Part shown: piece by piece, positions 32,980 to 42,870 of the stretch | Layout: the number at the start of each line of letters is the position of its first letter | Numbering within the stretch: position 1 is the stretch's first letter | The notes under the pieces: model-generated | Databases searched by the model: none | Told to the model about the DNA's origin: nothing | The model's input: the letters and a program-made list of their open reading frames with translations, nothing else | Translations under genes and position numbers: made by a program | Origin: Nitrospirota bacterium | Lineage (GTDB): Bacteria; Nitrospirota; Thermodesulfovibrionia; UBA6902 | Direction of reading: 5' to 3' | Length of the DNA: 64,000 nt | Assembly (NCBI GenBank): GCA_039715075.1 | Contig: JBDLIC010000004.1 | Coordinates: 3,041-67,040 of the forward strand

Positions 32980-34215
32980 ATGGGTTATGTAAGAGGACTT
33001 AAATGCAGAGAGTGCGGCAGGGAGTATCCTGTTAAACCTATATATGTCTGTGAGTTCTGCTTTGGTCCTTTGGAAGTTGTTTATGATTACGAAGGCATCA
33101 AAAAAGTTCTGACCAGGGAAGTGATTGAATCAAGGCCGCAGAATTTATGGCGTTACAAGGAACTGATGCCGATCGACAATGAGCCGACATGCGGGCTTCA
33201 TTCCGGATTTACGCCCCTTGTCAAGGCTGATAAACTTGCAGCGCATATCGGGCTGAAAGAACTGTATATTAAAGATGATACGGTGACTCACCCGACACTC
33301 TCGTTCAAGGACAGGGTAGTTGCGGTTGCGTTATCAAAGGCAAAGGAGTTCGGATTTGACACTGTTGCATGCGCATCTACGGGAAACCTGGCGCACTCGG
33401 TTTCAGCACACGGCGCTGCCGCGGGCCTGAAAAGGTTTATTTTTATTCCCGCGAGCCTTGAGCAAAGCAAGATAATCGCTTCTCTTGCATATGGGCCTAA
33501 TCTGATCGCTGTTGATGGTAATTATGATGATGTTAACAGGCTCTGCAGTGAAGTTGCCAATAAGTACAACTGGGCCTTTGTGAATATTAATATCAGGCCA
33601 TACTACGCGGAGGGGTCAAAGACACAGGGTTATGAAATAGTCGAACAGCTCGGGTGGAAGGTGCCCGACGCGGTTGTTGTCCCATGCGCAAGCGGTTCCC
33701 TGCTTACGAAGATATGGAAGAGCATGAAGGAAATGAAAGAGGTAGGACTTATTGATGAGGTGAATACTAAAGTGTTCTCTGCACAGGCCACGGGGTGTTC
33801 ACCGATTGTTGCGGCTATAAAGGACGGTGTAGATGTTATTAAGCCTGTAAAGCCGAATACTGTTGCGAAGTCACTTGCTATCGGAAATCCTGCCGACGGT
33901 TTTTACGCAACACGCGTAATAAAGGAGAGCGGGGGGTATGGAGCCGATGTTTCGGATGCGGAAATAATTGAGTCAATGAAACTCATGGCAGAGACCGAAG
34001 GAATATTCGCTGAAACTGCCGGGGGCGTAACTCTTGCTTCAGCAATAAAGCTGATAGAGAGCGGCCATATAGACCGTAATGCTGTGACTGTTCTATGCAT
34101 AACGGGTAATGGATTGAAGACAAAAGAAGCGATAATGGGACATACGGGGGAGCCTCATCATATTGATCCTAATCTGAAATCCTTTGAGGAAGCTCTCGTT
34201 CAAATGAAAAGATGA
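32980..34215 (+). CDS. threonine-synthase-family PLP enzyme with N-terminal zinc ribbon (MetM-like candidate O-phosphohomoserine-dependent homocysteine synthase)
   Basis: 411 aa; CxxC...CxxC at the N-terminus; PLP-lysine motif FKDR; ThrC fold; neighbours are sulfur-carrier genes. Confidence 0.7.
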   Translation: MGYVRGLKCRECGREYPVKPIYVCEFCFGPLEVVYDYEGIKKVLTREVIESRPQNLWRYKELMPIDNEPTCGLHSGFTPLVKADKLAAHIGLKELYIKDDTVTHPTLSFKDRVVAVALSKAKEFGFDTVACASTGNLAHSVSAHGAAAGLKRFIFIPASLEQSKIIASLAYGPNLIAVDGNYDDVNRLCSEVANKYNWAFVNINIRPYYAEGSKTQGYEIVEQLGWKVPDAVVVPCASGSLLTKIWKSMKEMKEVGLIDEVNTKVFSAQATGCSPIVAAIKDGVDVIKPVKPNTVAKSLAIGNPADGFYATRVIKESGGYGADVSDAEIIESMKLMAETEGIFAETAGGVTLASAIKLIESGHIDRNAVTVLCITGNGLKTKEAIMGHTGEPHHIDPNLKSFEEALVQMKR

Positions 34216-34273
34216 ACAGGTTAAAAGAAAAATCATCTGATAAATCTGTGGATATATAAAAGGAGGAAGATTC

Positions 34274-34555
34274 ATGGCTGTAACAGTAAAAATACCGGTC
34301 CCGCTGCAAAGGCTTACGCAGGGGAAGGAAGAAGTTGAAGGTGCTGCAGGCACAATAATATCACTCATTAACGATCTGGAACAAAACTATCCGGGCCTTG
34401 CTGAAAGGATAACCGAGGACGGTAAACTGAGAAGATTTGTTAATGTGTATGTGAACGAAGAAGACGTAAGGTTTATGAAAAATGAAGAAACAGAAGTCAA
34501 GGACGGAGATGAAGTCTCTATAGTTCCTGCAATTGCAGGCGGAGCTGCAAGATAA
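34274..34555 (+). CDS. ThiS/MoaD-family sulfur carrier protein with C-terminal GG-AAR extension
   Basis: 93 aa beta-grasp; ends ...VSIVPAIAGGAAR. Confidence 0.7.
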   Translation: MAVTVKIPVPLQRLTQGKEEVEGAAGTIISLINDLEQNYPGLAERITEDGKLRRFVNVYVNEEDVRFMKNEETEVKDGDEVSIVPAIAGGAAR

Positions 34556-34580
34556 TGCAGGTATACAGAAGGGAGCAGTT

Positions 34581-34817
34581 ATGAAGACCAGGATAAAGCT
34601 CACCTTTCCCCAGGACCTTATAAGGGAACCGGTTATATTTGTTATGGCAAAGGAGTTTGACATCATGCCGAATATAAGGAGGGCGCGTGTTACCGAAACT
34701 GTAGGGGAGATGATAATGGAGCTTGAGGGTTCAGATGAGAATGTCAAAAAAGGTATCGAGTCACTTAAGCAGAAGGGCGTGGATGTTGAGCTTGTAGAGG
34801 GTGATATTTTAGAGTAA
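34581..34817 (+). CDS. NIL-domain protein (methionine-pathway associated)
   Basis: MKTRIKLTFPQDLIREPVIFVMAKEF resembles the NIL domain of MetN C-termini; the internal ATG at 34581 has a GAAGGGA SD, whereas the track start at 34533 overlaps the carrier gene. Confidence 0.55.
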   Translation: MKTRIKLTFPQDLIREPVIFVMAKEFDIMPNIRRARVTETVGEMIMELEGSDENVKKGIESLKQKGVDVELVEGDILE

Positions 34818-34819
34818 TT

Positions 34820-35887
34820 ATGAAAGCATGGCATGGACTGATTAACCAGTATAGAAATTTTCTACCCGTTACCGGAGAAACACCTGTTATTACCCTCAAT
34901 GAAGGGAATACTCCACTAATAAAAGCTTCTCATATAAGAGACGTTGTGCAGGAAGATATAGACCTGTACTTTAAATATGAAGGCTCCAATCCAAGCGGTT
35001 CATTTAAGGACCGGGGCATGACCCTTGCCATTTCAAAGGCAGTCGAAGAAAAAGCAAGGGCCGTCATATGTGCATCCACCGGAAATACCTCGGCCTCTGC
35101 GGCTGCATATGCAGCGAAGGCTAAACTGGGGGCTCTTGTCCTGATCCCTGAAGGCCAGATAGCTATGGGGAAACTTGCCCAGGCCATGATTCATGGTGCG
35201 ACAGTGCTGCAGATCGACGGCAACTTTGACGATGCATTGAAAATTGTAAAAATTCTTGTTGAGAAACATCACTTTTCTCTTGTTAATTCCCTGAACCCGT
35301 TCAGAATCGAAGGCCAGAAAACAGGGGCCTTTGAGGTCTGTGATCATCTTGGCAAAGCACCTGATTATAATATCCTTCCCGTAGGGAATGCCGGAAATAT
35401 TACAGCATACTGGAAGGGGTACAATGAATATCGTGATGCAGGCAGAATCAGTCATCTGCCGAAGATGCTCGGTTTTCAGGCAGAAGGAGCAGCGCCGCTC
35501 GTAAATGACAGGCGTGTAGAGAATCCCGAGACGGTGGCAACTGCTATCAGGATAGGGAACCCCGCAAGCTGGAATGGAGCAATAGCTGCAAGAGATGAAT
35601 CCGGGGGGCTGATAGAATCAGTGACAGATGAGGAAATACTTGAGGCATATAAATTCATTGCGTCAAAAGAAGGGATATTCTGTGAGCCCGCTTCTGCCGC
35701 TACCCTGGCAGGTCTTATAAAAAAGGCTAAGCAGAATTACTTTTCTGATGGAGACACAGTCGTCTGTACACTGACAGGCCACGGTCTAAAGGACCCAGAC
35801 ATAGCGCTGAAAATGTCGGAGCAGCCCGTAAAGGTGAAAGCAGACATTTCTGCTATAGAAGAAATACTAAGAGGCTGCTGCCTGTAA
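34820..35887 (+). CDS. thrC: threonine synthase
   Basis: 355 aa; short-form ThrC with SFKDRG PLP-lysine motif. Confidence 0.92.
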   Translation: MKAWHGLINQYRNFLPVTGETPVITLNEGNTPLIKASHIRDVVQEDIDLYFKYEGSNPSGSFKDRGMTLAISKAVEEKARAVICASTGNTSASAAAYAAKAKLGALVLIPEGQIAMGKLAQAMIHGATVLQIDGNFDDALKIVKILVEKHHFSLVNSLNPFRIEGQKTGAFEVCDHLGKAPDYNILPVGNAGNITAYWKGYNEYRDAGRISHLPKMLGFQAEGAAPLVNDRRVENPETVATAIRIGNPASWNGAIAARDESGGLIESVTDEEILEAYKFIASKEGIFCEPASAATLAGLIKKAKQNYFSDGDTVVCTLTGHGLKDPDIALKMSEQPVKVKADISAIEEILRGCCL

Positions 35888-35934
35888 TTCTAAACTCGGG
35901 CCTGACACCGGTTTACCTGTCTAAGTTTCCGGCT

Positions 35935-36750
35935 TTAATCTTTGAAGTCCCATTTCCTGACAGCTGACAGATACTTCTTCATTTTATGGTCCTCAATGCC
36001 GTCAATTCCCTTTTTAGTTGCAGCATTAAGTGCTCCGTCAAAGTAATCAAGAAAACGAAACCAGAACCCCGGATCATTATGAAGTGTTTTTTCTTCAGAT
36101 ATGTACATATAGGACCCGACATGGCTGTAGCCCATAGCGCGGGCAGGTACACGGGTGACAAGATCATTATTGTTCTGAAAACGGTAAAAACGTGACTTTG
36201 CCTCAACATTAAAGATGCGTGACGTATCTCTTGACATGGTACGGGGCTGACCGAATGTATATACAGAAGTAAACGGAAGGTCCATATGAATGAGCTTTGC
36301 AGCGGCAATAGTTGCCATTGCCCCTCCGAGACTGTGCCCTGTGAGAAAGAGCGGGCGTTTTTTAATAACTCTGAGCTTATCATAACGACTATACAACCCA
36401 TCCCAGACATCAAGGACAGATTTCCAGAATCCCCGGTGAAAATCTCCGAATAGGACATTTTCGGGAAATATATTTGCATTGTCCATCCAGTCCGACATCT
36501 CATCGGTACCGCGAAAGGCCATGCAGAGATAATCAGCATGTTCAATTAAAGCTGCCTGTGAACTATTTTTTGAAAAGCCCTTCACCGATTTAAAATGGGA
36601 ATCTTCACTCTTTAATTTTTCAAGTATTTTCTTGTTATCCGGTGAAGGGTCTTTCTTTGAGCACTTGCAGTAAACTGCATCAGAAAGCTTTGCCATCCAG
36701 TATGCATTACCTTTATTAAGTGTTGTTGTATAAGGGTCTACTTTTCCCAT
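35935..36750 (-). CDS. lipase class 3 (alpha/beta hydrolase) family protein
   Basis: 271 aa; GHSLGGA nucleophile elbow. Confidence 0.8.
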   Translation of the reverse strand: MGKVDPYTTTLNKGNAYWMAKLSDAVYCKCSKKDPSPDNKKILEKLKSEDSHFKSVKGFSKNSSQAALIEHADYLCMAFRGTDEMSDWMDNANIFPENVLFGDFHRGFWKSVLDVWDGLYSRYDKLRVIKKRPLFLTGHSLGGAMATIAAAKLIHMDLPFTSVYTFGQPRTMSRDTSRIFNVEAKSRFYRFQNNNDLVTRVPARAMGYSHVGSYMYISEEKTLHNDPGFWFRFLDYFDGALNAATKKGIDGIEDHKMKKYLSAVRKWDFKD

Positions 36751-36787
36751 CCTGTCCTCCCCGAATTAAGGTTAATTGTTGGATATA

Positions 36788-37234
36788 TCAGCTTATGACA
36801 AGGACCGGATATTTTGTATTATTATGGAGCAGTCCGTAGGTAACGCTTCCGAGTACAGCTGATTCAAGAGATCCTTTGCCATGGGAACCGATGATAATGA
36901 GATTGCTTTTTGACCTTCGTGCTTCCTTTATTATTTCCTCCACGGGATGGCCTGTGCGGCTAACTGTCTTGGGTTTAATACCTTTCTTTTTACACTTCTT
37001 CTCAGCCTCTGTCAGATATGCTTCGGCGAGCTGGATCAGATAATCTTCGATGGGCATCCTAAGATGTGTAAATGCAGCTTCGGCCGGAACGGACTGGGCC
37101 ACAAAAGCACCTTTGTCCACTACAACAAGAATTGTTATGGAAGCGTCCGTCTGTTTTGAAAGCCCGATCGCATAGTCAAGCGCCTTTTTTGATGCCTTTG
37201 TGCCGTCTGTTGGAACAAGTATTTTTGATATCAT
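36788..37234 (-). CDS. universal stress protein UspA family
   Basis: 148 aa; ILVPTDGT ... GSHGKGSL ATP-binding motifs. Confidence 0.85.
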   Translation of the reverse strand: MISKILVPTDGTKASKKALDYAIGLSKQTDASITILVVVDKGAFVAQSVPAEAAFTHLRMPIEDYLIQLAEAYLTEAEKKCKKKGIKPKTVSRTGHPVEEIIKEARRSKSNLIIIGSHGKGSLESAVLGSVTYGLLHNNTKYPVLVIS

Positions 37235-37280
37235 GTTTCCTCCTTATTCATTCAATAAGCTCTTTTTTAATAACAGCATA

Positions 37281-37664
37281 CTAATCACAAACATGATGTT
37301 TGGATCGATCTATGTCCTGATCCATAAAAGGCATTTTTTGCATCATTCCTTTTGAAAGTTCGCCGCACTTTTTCATTGCCTGCATAGAGGGGTCCTTCGC
37401 CATTTCCTTTCCGAATGAAATAGCCTTTTTCTGCGCTTCGTCACGTTTCCCGCTGGTACATAGAGATTTCACCTCTGCCCCGAACTGGTTTGAACGCTGC
37501 TCAAGAACTTTCAATTTATCCTGATCAACATTTTGCATACAAGCCTGCATTTTCTGCATCTGCTGCATCACCTTCTGCATTTCTTCCTCGTTCATGCCCT
37601 GATAATTCTGTGCAGCAGCTACCATTGGTATTAACACTAATAGAATACTTGCTGATATTTTCAT
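37281..37664 (-). CDS. Met/Gln-rich small secreted protein
   Basis: 127 aa; signal peptide LIPMVAAAQ; repeated MQxxMQKMQ motifs. Confidence 0.5.
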   Translation of the reverse strand: MKISASILLVLIPMVAAAQNYQGMNEEEMQKVMQQMQKMQACMQNVDQDKLKVLEQRSNQFGAEVKSLCTSGKRDEAQKKAISFGKEMAKDPSMQAMKKCGELSKGMMQKMPFMDQDIDRSKHHVCD

Positions 37665-37880
37665 ATTATATTCTCCTGTTCTCCATTTATTATTGTTCTA
37701 ATCCTGGCTGCAACCTGTTCGGCAATCTTCCGATATCTGTTGCGAGTCACACAAGATATTAACAGGCCAATCACATGATTAACAACAAATAAATTATTAA
37801 ATTTAAAAGTCCCTGCTTCTTGGTCCCTGATTCCAGTATAATTAAGGGTCTTTCAAAACTGGAAAGATCGGAAAGGATCT

Positions 37881-39143
37881 ATGAAATTCGATAAATACCA
37901 CATATCAGAAACAATTAAAAAGAACCTTGCCCTGATGGGTTTCAAACGGCCTACGAACATACAGTACAAGTCCATCCCCTCAATCATGAAAGGCGAGGAC
38001 GTCCTGGCAATAGCACAGACCGGGACCGGGAAGACGGCTGCTTTCGCGATACCCCTAATCGACATGATCCACAGGGAGAAGAGCAGCAGCCGCTCCTATG
38101 GGATCAAGTGCATTGTCATGGTCCCCACGCGTGAACTGGCAATGCAGATCGGGGAGGTCTTTGAAAAGCTTGCCCGGCACACGAAGGTCAAGACCTTTGC
38201 TTTGTACGGAGGCGTTGAGCAGGACCCGCAGATTAAAAAGCTTCAGGACGGAATCGACGTACTTGTTACGACCCCTGGACGGATGTTTGATCTTATAAGC
38301 CAGGGATATGTTGAACTCTCACGAATCAGGACACTTGTACTTGATGAGGCCGACCATATGCTTGACCTCGGGTTTATTGATGACATCAGGTATGTGAAGA
38401 GAAAGCTCACAAATAAACACCAGACACTCTTCTTCTCAGCCACGATCAGTAAGGAGATCAAGAAGCTCGCCTTCTCTCAGGTTAAGAGCTCTGCAATACG
38501 CATACAGATAGCACCGGAAGACCCTGTCTCGAAGAATGTATCGCACTTTGTCATGTTTGTGGAAATGGATGACAAACGTTTTTTCCTTGAGAGGTTTATC
38601 AAGGATAATCCAGGAAGCAAGGTTATCGTATTTGTCAGGACACGGGTGCGTGCTGAACGGGTGGCAAAGGCCATGGGACGGGTGCATATAGATACAGCTA
38701 CTATACACCGGGACAAGAAACAGGACGACCGGTCAGAGGTGATGAAAAAGTTCAAGGAGGGCAGCTGCCGCATGATGATCGCCACGGACATCAGTGCCCG
38801 CGGGATTGACGTGCCTGATGTAGATTACGTAATCAACTATGATCTTCCGGACAAGCCCGAGAATTACGTGCACAGGGTTGGAAGGACCGGTCGCGGCATC
38901 AACCTGGGTGAAGCGATATCATTCTGCAGTAAAGATGAAAAGGAACTTCTTGAGGATATTCAGCAGCTCATCAATAAAGATATTGAGGTCATAAAACTCT
39001 ACAAAAAAGATTACGATGAAATTGTCAGCTCAACCGGGGAGGACCTCAATCTGCTTGAGATGATCAAAGAACATGAGCAGTGGGAAGCGGACAGGAAGAA
39101 AAAAAAGAAGAAACCCTCGAAGACACGAAAGAAGAAGAAATAA
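37881..39143 (+). CDS. DEAD-box ATP-dependent RNA helicase
   Basis: 420 aa; Q-motif; AQTGTGKT, DEAD, SAT and HRVGRTGR motifs; Lys-rich tail. Confidence 0.95.
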   Translation: MKFDKYHISETIKKNLALMGFKRPTNIQYKSIPSIMKGEDVLAIAQTGTGKTAAFAIPLIDMIHREKSSSRSYGIKCIVMVPTRELAMQIGEVFEKLARHTKVKTFALYGGVEQDPQIKKLQDGIDVLVTTPGRMFDLISQGYVELSRIRTLVLDEADHMLDLGFIDDIRYVKRKLTNKHQTLFFSATISKEIKKLAFSQVKSSAIRIQIAPEDPVSKNVSHFVMFVEMDDKRFFLERFIKDNPGSKVIVFVRTRVRAERVAKAMGRVHIDTATIHRDKKQDDRSEVMKKFKEGSCRMMIATDISARGIDVPDVDYVINYDLPDKPENYVHRVGRTGRGINLGEAISFCSKDEKELLEDIQQLINKDIEVIKLYKKDYDEIVSSTGEDLNLLEMIKEHEQWEADRKKKKKKPSKTRKKKK

Positions 39144-39571
39144 AAGCGGGTGAATCAAATGATGAAATAGTTACTATTATAAAAAGGATAATTGCTGTTA
39201 ATAAAATCAATGCAGAGAAAGTAAGCAAAATGAAGGATGGACTCCTGAAGAATGTTTCTACTCTTCACAACAGTACAAAGGCTGTCAGGGCATATCAGAC
39301 CTCTTCATACTGAAATATGAAGCCGGGCAATCAAAAGGGATAGTCAATATATTGACCTTATCAACTACGCGCTTGAAAATCATTTGTAGTGACAAAGATG
39401 TAATGATATCTGAACTTAAGACCAAAATTGATTTCATCATCAATCATTTCATGCTCGAGAAAGAAGGTCTGCTGACAGCTGAAAAGAAACTCGTAAATAT
39501 CAGTGCATCTGGTATAAGGTATACAGATATTTATTCCGACAAACGTTGAACTGGAATCAGATATCCGGGAA

Positions 39572-40015
39572 GTGATGGGTGTACTGATTTCAAAATCTGA
39601 GGGAGGAATAGATGTCAGAAGAGAAGGGCGGGGTGTTATAATATCAATCATGGATAAATTCTTTTTTGAGACAGGGTCTGCAGATCTGAAAGAGAGTTCG
39701 AAAGGCTTACTTGATAAGATATTCCTTGCTGTAAGCAAGTATAAGAATATGATAAGGATAGAAGGTCATACAGACAATATTCCTATAGGCACTAATAAGT
39801 ACCCCTCAAAATGGGAAGTATCAGCATCAAGAGCAATAAATGTAGCAAAGTATTTTGTAAAAAAACATGGTATACAGCCTGGAAGAATATCTACAAGCTG
39901 TTACTCTTCCTATAAACCTGTGGTATCAAACGATACACCTGAAGGAAGATCGAAAAACAGAAGAGTTGATATAGTAGTTATGAATGAATCTGAAAGCCAA
40001 AAAGAACCTCTATGA
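39572..40015 (+). CDS. OmpA/MotB C-terminal domain protein (no N-terminal TM)
   Basis: 147 aa; OmpA-like peptidoglycan-binding domain (IEGHTDNIP...NRRVDI) without signal peptide or TM. Confidence 0.65.
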   Translation: MMGVLISKSEGGIDVRREGRGVIISIMDKFFFETGSADLKESSKGLLDKIFLAVSKYKNMIRIEGHTDNIPIGTNKYPSKWEVSASRAINVAKYFVKKHGIQPGRISTSCYSSYKPVVSNDTPEGRSKNRRVDIVVMNESESQKEPL

Positions 40016-41493
40016 CAAAAAAGAAAGCTGTCCTGAAAGCACTTCTGATAAGTAAAAGCAAAAAAGACACCAGACTGTTCGAACAAACGTTAGGTCCCGA
40101 AAATGTACCGCTTGATCTGATAAAAACTGAAGGTCCAAAACCTGCCCTCACAATACTGCTTCAAGAGAAAATAGATATTATTTTTGTTGATTTTGGACAA
40201 TCAAAAACAAACCTGAATTTTCTGAAAGAACTCGTAAAGAGAAATACGACTGCACCTGCCATAGCCCTCATCGAAAAGGGGGAGGAATTGATGGCTGCTG
40301 AAGCGATAAAAGAAGGAGCGTACGACTATATTATAAAGGACAGTAAATATTCCGATTCATTGTTACGTTCATATAAGAAAATACGCAGGACACTGAGTGT
40401 GATCGGTAAATCAGATGAAGAGCAGTACAGGCATTCTCTGCTTTTCAAACAAATATACAAAAGTCATAAATGGTGGCAGAACATAATTGACTCAATAACC
40501 GATTATCTGTTCGTTATCGACAGCAGATACAGGATATTGAGAACAAACAAGGCCTTCTCGGACCTCTTTTCAAAGGAGCCGGCTGATATTATAATGAAGC
40601 CCTACTATGAACTGTTCGGGATGAATGAACCGCATGAGTGGTGCGTTCTGTCAAAAAAGGGAGATGAGCTTGCACCCAGTACAATCGAGAGAAAGATAAA
40701 CGAATCAATATATCTGATCAGTTACTTTCCGATCTCGCATGACAAACACAGGGCTGTTGTCTACATTTTGAAGGACATTACGGAGACCAGGCGTTTAAAG
40801 GACCAGATATACCACCTGGACAAACTTTCCTCACTTGGCACTCTTACATCCGGCGTAGCTCATGAGATAAATAATCCGCTTACTGGAATAATCGGTTATA
40901 CGGAAATGCTCCTTATGAAGAAGCCGGATGAAACAATGAGCAAGTATTTGCGGAATGTTTATGATTCTGCCCTGAGATGTAAAAGAATAGTTGAAAACAT
41001 GCTTACATTTTCCCGCCAGAATTCGGCAATTAAAAACCCTGAAAATATAAATGACATTATTGACCGAACTGTTGAACTGCATGAATACTGGCTTAAATCT
41101 ACTAATATAGAGATAGTTAAGAAATATGAACAAGTACCCTTTATTTCTGTTGACCAGCAGCAGATTCAACAGATAATACTTAATCTGATAATCAATGCGG
41201 AGCAGGCAATTGCTGATACGGAAAGACGGGGAAGGATTGAATTCTGTACATCATTCAGAAAAAAAGCAAAAAACATTGTAATAAAAGTCTCAGATAATGG
41301 CAATGGCATACCGCAGGATATACTGCCCAAAATATTCGATCCTTTTTTTACGACAAAACCGGTAAACAAGGGTACAGGACTGGGACTTTCGATCGCCCAC
41401 GGGATTATTGCAGAGCAGGGAGGCACAATTGAAGCAAAGAGCGAACCAGGCAAGGGTACCTCATTTACCATAAAACTTCCTGTCATAAATTAG
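40012..41493 (+). CDS. sensor histidine kinase (receiver-like N-domain, PAS, HisKA, HATPase_c)
   Basis: 493 aa; H-box HEINNPLTGIIGYTE; G-boxes GTGLGLSI and GKGTSF. Confidence 0.85.
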   Translation: MTKKKAVLKALLISKSKKDTRLFEQTLGPENVPLDLIKTEGPKPALTILLQEKIDIIFVDFGQSKTNLNFLKELVKRNTTAPAIALIEKGEELMAAEAIKEGAYDYIIKDSKYSDSLLRSYKKIRRTLSVIGKSDEEQYRHSLLFKQIYKSHKWWQNIIDSITDYLFVIDSRYRILRTNKAFSDLFSKEPADIIMKPYYELFGMNEPHEWCVLSKKGDELAPSTIERKINESIYLISYFPISHDKHRAVVYILKDITETRRLKDQIYHLDKLSSLGTLTSGVAHEINNPLTGIIGYTEMLLMKKPDETMSKYLRNVYDSALRCKRIVENMLTFSRQNSAIKNPENINDIIDRTVELHEYWLKSTNIEIVKKYEQVPFISVDQQQIQQIILNLIINAEQAIADTERRGRIEFCTSFRKKAKNIVIKVSDNGNGIPQDILPKIFDPFFTTKPVNKGTGLGLSIAHGIIAEQGGTIEAKSEPGKGTSFTIKLPVIN

Positions 41494-41668
41494 TGTCTGT
41501 ATATAAACTTGGTTTATCGATTCGTCATTCCCGAAATCCTTAATCGGGAATCTATTCTGTTAAGCAAGTTCTGGATGCCCGATTACTGACTTCGGGCATG
41601 ACAAAAATAAAAAACAGCAGTTTATAATTAGTTGTTTTTCAGGACGGGGCTCCAGGAGTTTTTATTTA

Positions 41669-42187
41669 TTACAGGATCCCATCTCTTATCCTTAACGACA
41701 GGACTCCAGCGTTCCTCTTTTTCAGCTGTATCTGTGACCTTTTCTTTAACTGGACTCTTTTTAAGGGACGTATCCTTCTTTTTAAGTTCAAAGGGGATAT
41801 GCTTCTTTTTTGTATCCGGTTTTCTTTTACCAGGTATAACCAGTGCGGTAGATTCATGTCTTTATTCGTTGTCTGAAGATCTTTTTCGGATGTTTCCTTA
41901 TTTGTATTATTCAGGGTCTTCAGGGTAATACTGATTCGTCTGTTTTGAGGGTCTGCGGGATTTTCCTTTATCAGAGGGTCTGTGTCTGCATAACCCGCAA
42001 CGCGAATAATGCGGTCAGGGGCAAGACCATTGGCTTCGAGTCTCCGTCTCGATGAAGATGCACGCTCAGTGGAGAGCTCCCAGTTGCTGTAGTCCTTTCC
42101 CGAATAGGGGATTGAATCTGTATGCCCTTCGATAATTACCTTATTGGGAAGCTTGTTTATATTGCCGCTGATTACCTTATTGATATT
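41669..42187 (-). pseudogene. 5'-truncated MotB/OmpA-like gene remnant
   Basis: The minus frame opens right after a TGA at 42188..42190 and reads NKVIIEGHTDSIPYSGKDYSNWELSTERASSSRR...NRRISITL then a K/R-rich tail. There is no start codon before the OmpA core. Abuts tRNA-Leu. Confidence 0.5.
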
Positions 42188-42291
42188 TCATCTTTTGATA
42201 AGTGTATGAGAATCATCTGCCCTTGATTATTATTTCCCGGTTTATTATCGTAGTAGCTACGAATAGATGATTGATTATTCATGAAATTCGA

Positions 42292-42377
42292 GCCGGAGTG
42301 GTGAAATGGCAGACGCGTCGGACTCAAAATCCGATATCCTCCGGGATGTGTGGGTTCGAATCCCACCTCCGGCACCA
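42292..42377 (+). tRNA. tRNA-Leu (anticodon CAA)
   Basis: 86 nt; GCCGGAG acceptor stem; long variable arm; anticodon loop CUCAAAA; TPsiC arm GGTTCGAATCC; terminal CCA encoded. Confidence 0.88.
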
Positions 42378-42514
42378 TAAAAACTGCTGAATTTTTAAGG
42401 TGTTAATCGATCTTTCAAGGCCCTTAAGCAGAGGGGGAGCTCGGATATGAATCACCCGAAAGATTTGATATACTCACCGAAATTTACCTCTGATAAATAA
42501 ATCTTAAGCAGGCT

Positions 42515-42847
42515 GTGAATGTCGGTATTCATTCAGAAAGGATTCCCTGTAACGTGAATGCAACCATCACGTCTGAAGGCAATATCTTTGATGGTGTTAT
42601 AGAAAACGTCTCTGAGGGAGGAATGGAGTATTTAATAACTTCCTCAATTATGTCATCTGGAAACTTTACTCCCAAGAAAATGATAAAACTTAATTTCCGA
42701 ATCCCTTCAGGAGAATCACTTGATCTTGATTGTGAAGTGGAATGGTTTTTAAAGACCCCGCAGGATGAAAATAAATCTCTGATACTGGGAATGAAGATTA
42801 TTGATCCGCCTGAGATATACAGGAAGCTGGTCAATAGAGAATGCTGA
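42515..42847 (+). CDS. PilZ domain protein (c-di-GMP binding)
   Basis: 110 aa; RIPCNVN ... ENVSEGG, i.e. RxxxR...(D/N)xSxGG. Confidence 0.65.
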   Translation: MNVGIHSERIPCNVNATITSEGNIFDGVIENVSEGGMEYLITSSIMSSGNFTPKKMIKLNFRIPSGESLDLDCEVEWFLKTPQDENKSLILGMKIIDPPEIYRKLVNREC

Positions 42848-42870
42848 TGACTGTATTGAATTAGATCAGA

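Noticed and set aside
41632-41928. 98-aa plus-strand ORF
   Set aside because: The opposite strand in this region encodes a recognisable OmpA/MotB domain remnant, and the plus-strand product is low-complexity.
42172-42378. 68-aa minus ORF
   Set aside because: It overlaps the tRNA-Leu gene and is a translation of the tRNA antisense strand.
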